Source: Aplysia californica
Lineage: Eukaryota
Assembly: GCF_000002075.1 (NCBI RefSeq)
Contig: NW_004797279.1
Coordinates: 2,876,534-2,940,533 of the forward strand
Reading direction: 5' to 3'
DNA: 64,000 nucleotides
Below the pieces are notes generated by a model. It did no database searches. It was not told the DNA's origin and saw nothing but the letters and a program-made list of their open reading frames with translations. The position numbers and the translations under genes were made by a program. Positions 13,525 through 37,349 of this stretch are shown piece after piece. Position 1 is the stretch's first letter. The number at the start of each line of letters is the position of its first letter.

Positions 13525-13905
13525 GTGTTTAGTTTTAGTAAGGTTTTACGGCGCTCGCAACTGCTTAAGGTCATATGAGCGCCAAGGGATGGATGTCAAC
13601 AGAGAAATCCAAACGAGGAATCAGGCTTACTCTACTCACCTCTCTAGCCTCAACAGCACAAAATCTGCTTCGACTATCAAGGCACCCCGGAAATAGCAGT
13701 TCACAAGAGAGTGACAAACATACAAAAGAGGTAGAGAAAAATGACTATAGTAAGGATGAGGAAAGAAAAAGCAGCAGTTGTTCCGGCTCAGTATGAGCAT
13801 GACATTGATAAATCAGCCCATTTACAATTTTGTGCTTGAGAACATGTTAATATTCCCCCTTTGGGAATGGCCTAGAGACACTTCAGTCAGTAGCACTGCC
13901 ATGGT
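13525..13905 (-). mobile_element. Short retroposon family B (~380 bp), copy 1
   Basis: Reverse complement of 16155-16540; same 3' stem-loop tail as family A. Confidence 0.8.
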
Positions 13906-16154
13906 GGGGGGAGCCGACTTGTGTAGCCTGTGTGTGTGTGGGGGGGGGGGGGGGGTCGCATTGTCCTGCTGTAGTATTTTATTCTTCCTGAGGACAAACC
14001 CGTCTCAGTCTGGATTACACTTTATCTTAAGTCGCAACAACATTGTTCTCAATTCACTGTCTTCCCCCACCTCTTAAGTTACCCTAATTTTTTTTTTAAA
14101 TAGTCAATCATTTCTATATTAAGCACATTTTTCCTGTGAAAGTGCTCATTGTGCTTGCAATAAAATTAATGTTAACCTTACAATGCTGCAGTGGGCTAAT
14201 AGGCTACAATTTCGCACGTGTTTCGCAGAGTCTTCCCACTGTTCCAGAACTTTATGTTGACAACGCCTTCCCAGTCTAAGAATATGGCAAGCAACACTGT
14301 TGCTGAGACCACAGTTATTAACTCTTTTTGGACCAGGGGAGTTTAATGCCTATACTCCATCGACTGCGTTTGCTTTCTGGGTGACAGTGATGCACCCATG
14401 ACTCATCCCCGTAACAAAATGTGTTGCAGGAAAGCATCTTCTTGTTCTTGTTCAAGCCGTTTCAAAAGTTCGGTGTACGTCATTGTTTTGCTGATCTTTC
14501 ATTTCAGTTGTCAGCATTCAAGGGACCCACCCAGCAGGGGATTTCTTATAGCCCAGGATATGCGTAAAGATGATGTGGTGAATTCGGGTTGCTAAGTCGA
14601 CTGGTCTTAATTATAGCCTACTCTTTACCTAATTAATCTTGATTGGCTGAATTCGAGGCACTCTTTGGCCTATCAGAGCGCATGTAATGAAGTAATGATC
14701 AACATATAGCCTTATAGCCTAGTTTTGTTTTAGTCAGATCTTCTCCTCTCAAAGATCTTGCCCTGCCCATCGCCCAACAGTGCAAGCATCAACATAAACC
14801 TCGCCATAAACAGCTGACCTTATTCTTGCGTAATTTGTTGCTCCTGAAAGGCCTTTGGCAGTAAGAAATTCCATGATAGCACGTTACTAGAAGCGAACCT
14901 CTCTGAGAGTCGCCATTTTTTGTTATCATTGGTCGAGTTTTAATAGTAACATTGAATGAATTTGTCACAAATAATGAAATGTTAGGAAGAGCTGGGACTG
15001 AAAATACCGATACAACCATAAAACAGAGAAGATGGGGAGATTCGAGACATGTTTCGAGAATCATAGAGACGAGATTGCCCCATCAGGCACGGTACTGAAG
15101 ACCAAATGAAAAAAAAAGAAGAAATAGACCTACTGGCAGCTATAGGAGTAGATCGGAGATAAGGCAATCCCCCAGAGGTTGGATATCGTTACCTTATACG
15201 GGGTGCCCCTACGGATGCCAACTCGATCGCCTCGAAAACAAACACGTTTCAGTTTCTGGCGATCGAGCCGTATTAGATTACAAAGTTCTATCTGACATTT
15301 TTGGTCGATTTAGTTACTAAGACGATGACGTCAAAAACCAAAATGTTCTATCTGCTCAATCAAAATCGTAAGATTATTCGGAGTCGTTATCAAGATATTC
15401 ATAGAATAGCATTCGAAAAAGCTTGACATAATGTTGTGAAACTCAAAGCTTTTGACATCAAATTTCTCAAAACTAGGTAGGCCTACTGGGCAGACAAAAA
15501 CTTTGTAATTCAAGGGTACGTAGTGATATGAAAACCTTCAGGAATTTAAAACGTGGACAGACACGTGTCAAGGTAACTGCTCTCTGTCTTGTACATCTGA
15601 CGGAACAGGGATTGAGTAGGTTACACCCGTAACTTTGGGTGTAAATAAAGAATTGGAATTTCTGTGGTGGTCGTTTAGATACTCGTATTTTCATCATCCT
15701 GCACTTCAATGAATAAGTAAGGAGTTGTGGCAACACAGGCATTACTTTTCAGCCCACACTTGTACATGCATAATTTTGAGAATAGCATGAATGTGTACGT
15801 AGATTCACCTGCAAGTGCAGCTAGAAAAAGAACTTTCCTTTACCAGCTGTTTCCCGTTATCCCGTTATCCATACATTGACGTCACGGTTAAAGCCTTGGC
15901 TACCCTCCAAAATCTCAATCGTGTCCTTTTTTCTTTCCTACCCTTTCATCATTCAAATCTTTTATTGTACCTGCCTTTCAACGATAAGTTGTGTTGCTGC
16001 TTTTTCTTTTCGTTTCTCTGTCTATTTGTTCTTTTGCGAGTTTGTTTAAAAATTAAGCGACAGCAGGTTCGGGTTCAGTTGATACTTTGTTGGGGCTTTA
16101 TCCTGTATGAAGTCTTCCGTTTAGTCGAAGTGGGAAAATCCAAATTCATTTGAA

Positions 16155-16540
16155 CCCCCGAGGTATTGCCACTGACTCTAGTGTCTTTAGGCCATTCCCA
16201 AAGGGAGACATTTCTCGTTCATGCACAGTACAATTGTAAATGGGCTGATTCATCCATGTCACGCTCATTACTGTGCCTGATCTACAACAGGGAACTGCTG
16301 CCTTTTCTTTCCCAATCCTTACTATTGTCATTTTCCTCTACTTCTTTTGTATGTTTGTGTCACTCTCTTGTGACCCGCTATTTCCGGGGTGCCTTGATAG
16401 TCGAAGCAGACTTTGTGCTGTTGAAGATAGAGAGGTGAGCAGAGTACGTCTGATTCCCCGTAAAGACGTCTCTGTTGACACCCACCCCTTGGCGCTCATA
16501 TGACCTTATGCAGTTGCGAGCGCCGTAAAACTCTCTACTA
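16155..16540 (+). mobile_element. Short retroposon family B, copy 2
   Basis: GCCACTGAC...GGCCATTCCCAAAGG...GGCGCTCATATGACCTTATGCAGTTGCGAGCGCCGTAAAAC; three colinear copies in the window. Confidence 0.8.
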
Positions 16541-18032
16541 ATTTTTTTTTTAAATTAATTCAATTGACACGTTTTTGCTGCTTTTTCCCTCGAAGAACTC
16601 ATAAATATTCCCATTTCGTCGAGACTTCTCCAAACCATTAAAAAAAACATTCAAAACGTTTCATAAACGCCTAAGTGGAATAACAAAGGATATGTCTTGG
16701 GAGTATCTATTGCTCTTGATTATGTCCCCTGTTTCACCAACATGGGGCATGCTGTTGGGAGAGGACGAGGACAAGTTCCGACAAGAGCGGGGATGAGAGA
16801 GATGATAAGCAGGACAGGGGGGTAGAAGCAGTGGCGGTGCGTAGTGACGGGCTTTAGGGCNNNNNNNNNNNNNNNNNNNNNNNNNNNNNNNNNNNNNNNN
16901 NNNNNNNNNNNNNNNNNNNNNNNNNNNNNNNNNNNNNNNNNNNNNNNNNNNNNNNNNNNNNNNNNNNNNNNNNNNNNNNNNNNNNNNNNNNNNNNNNNNN
17001 NNNNNNNNNNNNNNNNNNNNNNNNNNNNNNNNNNNNNNNNNNNNNNNNNNNNNNNNNNNNNNNNNNNNNNNNNNNNNNNNNNNNNNNNNNNNNNNNNNNN
17101 NNNNNNNNNNNNNNNNNNNNNNNNNNNNNNNNNNNNNNNNNNNNNNNNNNNNNNNNNNNNNNNNNNNNNNNNNNNNNNNNNNNNNNNNNNNNNNNNNNNN
17201 NNNNNNNNNNNNNNNNNNNNNNNNNNNNNNNNNNNNNNNNNNNNNNNNNNNNNNNNNNNNNNNNNNNNNNNNNNNNNNNNNNNNNNNNNNNNNNNNNNNN
17301 NNNNNNNNNNNNNNNNNNNNNNNNNNNNNNNNNNNNNNNNNNNNNNNNNNNNNNNNNNNNNNNNNNNNNNNNNNNNNNNNNNNNNNNNNNNNNNNNNNNN
17401 NNNNNNNNNNNNNNNNNNNNNNNNNNNNNNNNNNNNNNNNNNNNNNNNNNNNNNNNNNNNNNNNNNNNNNNNNNNNNNNNNNNNNNNNNNNNNNNNNNNN
17501 NNNNNNNNNNNNNNNNNNNNNNNNNNNNNNNNNNNNNNNNNNNNNNNNNNNNNNNNNNNNNNNNNNNNNNNNNNNNNNNNNNNNNNNNNNNNNNNNNNNN
17601 NNNNNNNNNNNNNNNNNNNNNNNNNNNNNNNNNNNNNNNNNNNNNNNNNNNNNNNNNNNNNNNNNNNNNNNNNNNNNNNNNNNNNNNNNNNNNNNNNNNN
17701 NNNNNNNNNNNNNNNNNNNNNNNNNNNNNNNNNNNNNNNNNNNNNNNNNNNNNNNNNNNNNNNNNNNNNNNNNNNNNNNNNNNNNNNNNNNNNNNNNNNN
17801 NNNNNNNNNNNNNNNNNCACACACACACACACACACACACACACTTACTCACTCACTCGAACATTCGGTATGCAAGGGTAAAGATACATATTATACAAGC
17901 GTACAAACATACGACATGGGCCTACTATACACATACACACAAGGCCTTCTTCAAAACAGAGGAGATCTTACCTTTGGACTCAACCTGTCCTCATTTCTAT
18001 GCGCCACTCACATATTTTTGGTATTCCTGTAA

Positions 18033-18205
18033 AGGAGGATCGAGGAGAAGATGGAGGAGGAGGGGGAGGAGGAGGTGGCAGCAGTGATAACCACGGATGG
18101 AGGAGGAGGGGGAGGAGGAGGGGGAGGAGGAGGGAAGGAGGAGGAGGAAGGGGGAATGGGATGAGATGAAGAGGTGAAGAAGTAGACAGGGGAATGAGAT
18201 TGAAC
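18033..18205. repeat. (GGA)n purine-rich low-complexity tract
   Basis: Direct reading. Confidence 0.85.
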
Positions 18206-18903
18206 ACTAGGTATTTCGTGAGGAAAGGCTGTTAGTGTATAATAACACTTTTTTAACGCTTCTCGTAATCGGATCGGTCAAGCCCATGGTCAAGCCAAAG
18301 AACTAATTTACTCCTTAAATGAGCGATATTTTCAGTCTACTAGTTGATTTAGCTCTTTTGTTTTAGAACACGAAAAAATTGTACAGCCAGAATTATTTTA
18401 GTATCAACATTTTCAGCGGTAAAAACTGGCCAAGATCTAGGAATATCCGAATTAGCCAAAATAGAATGAATCACTAATGTAGAACAATTATTTGGTTTTC
18501 ATTGTTTTAGATTTTTTAGTACTCTCTTTAGATTATAATGAAGGTGTTTTGTATTCGTTATTCTTCGTGTACAACATTGCCACTCCCCCCTTCCTCGAAG
18601 AGTGCAAGGAAAGAATAAAAATCTGGGATTACAAACATCAGGCCATACTTGCACTGTATCCTACTTTCATTCTCTTCATTCTTGACTTATTAAATTAGCT
18701 AGGTGTAGCGACTGTATCGTCGTAGGTCTTTTTAAGTCTCGTTGTTTGCTTGCAGATGCTGCTTCTCCTTTTGTGAACACTTAGATCTAGATCTAGTAAT
18801 ACTTTGTTCTTGCTTTTTTGCCAGTTCGGATTTCTTTTACGTGCAGGTAATAGATTCTCTAGAAATCTAGAAAGAATTCCACGTTTCAGAACTTCAGCTT
18901 GTG

Positions 18904-31323
<12,420 letters not shown>

Positions 31324-34112
31324 GTTTTGTTGGTAACAGAAATACTAGAAAAACATTTCTCTTGTTTTAGCCTCCTTCCTTCTATTATAACTTTGGAAAT
31401 AAACAGCTGCTAGGTTTCTCTTCTCCGTCTTTCCTTTTTAAAGTAAATATATATATTCAGTATGCTTTTATTATTACTTGTTTCTCTTGGCCTCTTCTTT
31501 ATTTAATGAGACAGTGGAAATTTATAGTCTGTATTCCATTATGATTTAATTAGTGGAATATGCAGGTCTGTTTTTGCTCAACTCACTGAGGCATTGCTTC
31601 AGCTCTTTTGCAAGATCTTTGATTTCCTTCAGCTGACTTGACTCTCTCCTGTATATATTCTTGCATTTTTCTTTTACCATTTTGTGCACAAACTATGATA
31701 AATTTCAATAACAGATCATGTTTTTCGAGGTGCCAAGGAGACTACCAGAGTTGTGTTTTTGATTAAAGAGAATTTTTCAGCTATTTATAAAGACAGCTGA
31801 GGGTTTTGTTGCTTTTTTAAAAGATACAATAGTGATTGTTTTATGTGCCATAAATCTTGAAACTCGTGACTACACTAAATGTTTGAACTAGTCATGTGGG
31901 TTGGCGGCATGGTTGTTAGGGAGCATTAGAAATAGCTCTTCTCTAATGTTGTAAGCTTTGTTTCAGAAAGACAGATGGTTTTCAGTTTTTCACCATCAGG
32001 GGTTTTAGTAGGAGATTTATCGTTCAGTTGGTTTTTATGATCTACTCAGGTTTTAATTGGGAGCAGCACTGGTGCTTTGTGTACCTGTGAAATGTTGGTT
32101 GTGCGAACTTGTGAAATGTTTGTCCTATATTCAAAAATATTCTTGTTCAATATTCAAATAAATGCCCTCCTTAATCCTAAAATTGTTGGTCCTTCGATTC
32201 ACCAGCTGTAAATTGGGGGGGTACAATAACCAAGTGAAAAGAGCATTAGTTCGCGGACATGTTCCTTATGTACTGACGCAACTAAAAGGTAGATAATAAA
32301 CTTCTGGTTCACCCCTTTTTACAAATTCACTTTTATTTGGAAGGCAGTATTTAATCGTTCTGAAAACCTGGAATTTTATTCACTCTTATTTGATTGTTGT
32401 TTTGTTTGATTTGTAATGATTTATTCAATCTCTTCAGTTCAGGAAATTGTACATCATTCAAATCCCTCAGGATACTGACAATCCTCATGTGTGGGGAATG
32501 CGTGAGTAAAATTACTGTTATTGACTGTTTCATGCCAAACTGTTTATTTTGATGCGTTGTAATTGTACCTGTTATGAATGGCCATTTCTCTGTTTTGTTA
32601 CTCTGTATTATTTTGATTAAAGTAGATGTGTTGTAGAAATAGAATACCGGTGTTTGAGATATGGTGTTGGCACGAAATTTGACAGTTGCAGATAGTTCCA
32701 GGAATGCAACTGCAAAGTGAACCACATGACTGTATCATATCATATGCAACCACCTGAGAGCAATTCCTTTTTATTGATAGATATACGCTATCAGTCTATT
32801 GAGTCTGTGTTGAAGATCTCTGTAAGTAAATCCATCATGAATTATGTTCACATTGTCATATTCATTTAAACATAGACGTCATGTTTATATTTTTCCTAGA
32901 CGGTTTGGAAATGGGTGAAAAAATGAACAGGGAACATTCAAATACAGAGTAGGTGGTTGCTTAGACATATTTTGTCCTACTCAAGGTATGAAAGGCAAGT
33001 TAAAAGATTGCTTAAAACAGTATTTGAATTCATCTCATTTTTTTGTTTTCATATGTATAGCTATTGAGAATTGAAACTTGGGGACATTTTCTGAAAGAGT
33101 TGATGCCGTAATCCATTATTCTTAAAATGCTTTGATGATTTTAAGAAAGACTTCTATGCCAGTATTGTAGGTCACTCTGATTTCTCGTAAAGAGAAAAGT
33201 TAAGAAGACATTATGCGTAAGAAATTATGTCCCTGAACAATGCTTGTAATGTTTTAATGGAAAATCAAAATAAACTTGTGATACATGTAATTCAGTTGGG
33301 GTAATTTGGTCATGGATTGTGAAATGCTCTTTGGGGTATGAGCAATAAAGTCAGGGGAGGTCAGTGCTTGTGACTAATTTTAATTATAATCTTTACTTTC
33401 AAGGATGAAGGAATTGTTTTGTCTCTTTGGTTTTCAGTTTTGAGTTAAGTCAGAATTTATTACTTTAGACGGGGTGTATCTGTAACATGTTACAATCTAT
33501 AAACCAGTTTGCACTTGCTCCAGAAAAATTGGGTGTTTTTTTTTACCTCTATTCTCAAGATATGACTCTCAAAAAAGAATATCTTTTCTGGTTGTAGAAA
33601 GATGACATTGGTAGGCCTACTGCCTGGTTCAGTGTAACACAACTTTCTGTCTGTTACAGCCCCGATGCTTTGCTCCTGCTTTGTCCTTTTTGGAATCAAA
33701 CTCTATGAGTCCACTTGATGATTAATGGAGGATGTTGTTTCACTTGTATTTGTTTGCAACATTATCCTTTTTTGTTCTGTACATCGTTCTCCCACTCCAC
33801 CTTTTAGCAAATCATTTCTCTTTTGTCATTTATTCATGGACAATATTTTGTGTTGGCTCAATCTGACTTTGGCCATGCCTTTTCTGCACTTCAACTACAC
33901 TTTTTTACCTCTTTGTTGTGAATGAAAATTGTCTGAAAGGGAAATTTCCTGCATGTGTAATAATAGAAATGAGTTCATGTTTGTGACGAAGCACAATTGA
34001 ATGTTAACTACTGAAACGTAATACTGTTTTATTGTGATTAAACTGACTCTGATTTCACAATGTGTATTGTAGTCATTTTTTTTAAAAGAAAAAAGGTTTT
34101 AGAACAATAATA

Positions 34113-34473
34113 TGTGAGGCATGGTGGTGAAACCAGGCGCTCATCGAAATATGAAATCAAAGAAAACAGTATTTTTGGCAATTTTTATCGGTTTTTGCTT
34201 TTTTGGGCTCTACGCATATTATACACATTTCTGAGTGGATTTTATTGAAAAATTGGACTCAAAGGTACAAAAAAAAAAAATATGGGAGTTACACTACATC
34301 AGGGCCGCCCCTACCTCCTCTAATTCAAAAATGGAAACAACCCTACTTCTGTTCAAGGCAGATGGGGGGTTTTTTCATTATAAGCAAGACAAGTGAGTAA
34401 ACTTTAAGGTGATATAAATTACCCCATATGTCCAGAAATTGACGAGCACCTGATTCTACTGCGTCGTGACACA
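34113..34473. mobile_element. TGTG-terminated MITE family, diverged copy
   Basis: Degenerate versions of the same TIRs. Confidence 0.78.
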
Positions 34474-35022
34474 TTATATTGACAAGTCATATAGAATCGA
34501 AATGTCACTGAAAATGTTTGTTTTTTTAATGTAGATGTTTTTTATGCCCCCATCAACACAATTTTAAAGTATTTTGTTTAAGTGGCAGCTTTCCAACCCT
34601 GTCTGTCAGGGTCAACCCTGGCTCGAAGGAATACATCCTAGCAGAAAGACCGGGATACTTGATAAAAAGTTATTCCCAACTCAGTAACCAAACTCTGGTC
34701 TCCTGTACGAAGCAGCGAAGCGCCTAATTGCTAATTGCTACCACACAGACCCTGGATGTTATCCTTTGCCAGATAATGTGATAATACACAAACCATAAAC
34801 TGAATTATAAGAGCTCTTGGAAAAGCATGTATCTGTCAACAAAAGTACAGACAACAAGACATATTGATCTTATAATTAGAATCCAGGGCTTTACTCTGAT
34901 CCAGCTGAATGTTGAATTTGATGTACTAAACCCAACAGTGGCATGCACATATACACATGTATTTTTAGTTGAATTTTAACTTGTTTTCCGTGCGTGGTTT
35001 ATGTATGGGTGCTCTGGTGTGG

Positions 35023-35505
35023 GGGGGGGGTTGGTTTTGGTAAGTGTTTTACGGCGCTCGCAATGCGTAAGGTCGAATGAACACCCGGTACACATTAAAC
35101 TTAACATTTTCAGTTCGTAGAGAATTTTGAATTTTGCCCACTTATCGATTTTGGACCACCAAGGGATCTTTAATGTGTGCAACTTGCAACCGGGACCTCT
35201 GAGATATTTCGCCCTTGTCCGAGAAGGCTATCATGTGTAGGTCTTTCCTACCAGAAGATCAGGGGTGTGGCTGAAAGATGGCAGTAAGAAGGAGCCAAGG
35301 AGTAGCAGTAGAAATCCGGCAGAAAGAGGAAGGGGCAAAGGAGGTTGGGACAGAAAGTGGAGACAAAAGCAGATGACAGAATATTGTTATAAAAAGGAGA
35401 CAATTTTAGAGAAGAAAATGTTTCCATTGCTACCCGGATTCGAACCCGGGACTTTTCAATGAGAGGCGAACACTTTAACTTAAATCTCTAGGCCACAAAA
35501 GCCTC
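35023..35505 (-). mobile_element. SINE family A, full length, inserted into a family C element
   Basis: Reverse complement of family A; flanked by direct repeat CTGGTGTGG (35014-35022 and 35506-35514). Confidence 0.88.
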
Positions 35506-35670
35506 CTGGTGTGGTTTGCTCCTTTGGTTTCTTATCATCAAACATCTATCGTCCTTATCTCTCCTCCTTTTTTGTGTTCATTATTCTCTTGTAGCACCTG
35601 CAATCTTCAGCACTTACATATGACCTAATTAATTGTGTAACCAGTGCCATAAAATTTTTACTAAAACAAA
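35506..35670 (+). mobile_element. Short retroposon family C, interrupted by SINE A
   Basis: CTGGTGTGGTTTGCT...CATCTATCGTCCTTATCTC...TCTTCAGCACTTACATATGACC; matches 44598-44778 and 56750-56906 reversed. Confidence 0.7.
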
Positions 35671-35673
35671 ATA

Positions 35674-36403
35674 CAGTGGAAACCTCATTTAACAGGTATG
35701 GTGGGACCAGAGAAAAGTCCTGTTAAATCAGAAATGCAAGGGCTGAAGTCAGCATTTGTGGACTAATCCAGCTGTACTTCTTCATGGGTGGTTTCCCTTG
35801 CCACAAGTACCCACGAACAGCACGTCCCAGCACTCTCTCATGGCCATGTGGCAGGCCTATGCATGACACTATTGACAAATTACGCACGCGTGTAAGTTGG
35901 CTTAGGTCTAGATCGAAGTCTGTAGCACACCGCAGCCCTCTCTCGCTTCACCCGCTGCGTGTGCTTGCAGTGGCGTGGTTTGCATGGGCTTGCTCCGTCA
36001 CTGCTTATTCTCTGTCTCTCTCTCTCTCTCGCTCTTGCTTTTTACACATTGTTAAAGAGCCTTTGTCCCTGCTATAACCGATTGGGCTCTGATGAGGCCC
36101 TGTTATTGCCAATAACTTTTAATAGAGACAAAGCTGTCCCCGTGGTTTTATGCACCCTGCATAATTTAGCAAAAATTGATCATTTTTTGCATAATTTCTG
36201 ATTTTTTTCCTTTATCAGTCTTTGTTAAAATTAACAGAATCGCATTTATAATAAACATTTTAGGGCTCAATTTGCATAATTTCAGAATTTATTTTGTATA
36301 AAACCGCGGGATAGACAAAGAGTAAAAAAAAAAAGAGAATTTAAAAAATCCTTGTTATTACTGGATCTCTGTTATTACCAGGCCTGTTATATGGTTTCCA
36401 AAG
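35674..36403. mobile_element. Degenerate pogo/Tigger-like MITE containing a nested element
   Basis: TA|CAGTGGAAACCTCATTTAACAGG...CCTGTTATATGGTTTCCAAAG|TA. Confidence 0.55.
36134..36314. mobile_element. Nested small MITE (181 bp)
   Basis: TIRs CTGTCCCCGTGGTTTTATGCA / TGTATAAAACCGCGGGATAG; ACAAAG repeated on both flanks. Confidence 0.65.
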
Positions 36404-37117
36404 TAACATGTCTACAATTCTTGAATTGAGTGCTTTATACAAATAATAAATGGTTTTAATATGTGTGGCTGTTTTTTTAGCCTGTCTATATAAATAGAGA
36501 CAGCTTGTGCTAAATTTCCTGGGTTCAAGACTCTTATTTCATGCCAAACTTTTTATGACCATATTGTGACAAAGGAATTTGAAGATAAGGGAGTTTTTAT
36601 AACCAAAATACTTAGGACATCAGGGTATATTCTGGTTACCTAAAGAAAGATTAAACTGAACTCGAAAATGATATTTGTTTGTTTTTATTAAACAAATGAA
36701 ATATGTACATGAAACTTTCACTGAAATAGAACTGAATAACATTTTTAATAATAATAATAAATGACATTTATATAGCGCTCAACCCCGAATTTTTCACACC
36801 ATATCGTTTGTGGTGACTACGTACGTGAAACATCTACTTCCCAAAATACTGGATGGAATAAAGGAAAAAATGTAGTACACTTATGTCATACACAAAGATA
36901 CTATAAATCTGTAACTGTAAGTGGTAAAGTAATATACGAGATGCCTTGGGAACAGACAATTTTGAACCCCTCCCTCTATTACCTTGTTGAGAAAAGGCTA
37001 TATAACTATATTATATATGGTTCTGTTCCCTGATAAAAATAAGCTGTAGAAAGTTCAAGCTCACAGATTCATGGAATGGAGGCTAATAAATCAACCCTCT
37101 GTATATCGACTGCTTAA

Positions 37118-37349
37118 CCCTATCCACTATCGTATTCATACGACGTGGAGAACTCTGTGCCACCACTTTCCAAAGAGGAAACTTACTCATTAAGCCGATC
37201 CGTACGCTTTGCAGAGCTAGCAGTCTGTCAAAATGATTTTTTGAGAAATACTGAATGTTTCAAAGAGATCTTCACGCTAAAAGTATTCTAAAATGTGAAG
37301 AATACAACCCCAGGGGTACAAAAAATGACCCCAGAGTGTACAGATAGGG
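37118..37349 (-). mobile_element. piggyBac-type MITE, copy 2
   Basis: TTAA|CCCTATCC...GATAGGG|TTAA; reverse complement of the 2542 and 60070 copies. Confidence 0.85.

Noticed and set aside
7099-17881. Long ORFs in the track at 7099-7874, 10804-12129 and 16661-17881 (also 56039-56739)
   Set aside because: They are made of X residues across N gaps plus microsatellite translations.
36085-36133. CTGATGAG hammerhead-like core
   Set aside because: No stem II followed by GAAA and no matching cleavage-site helices.
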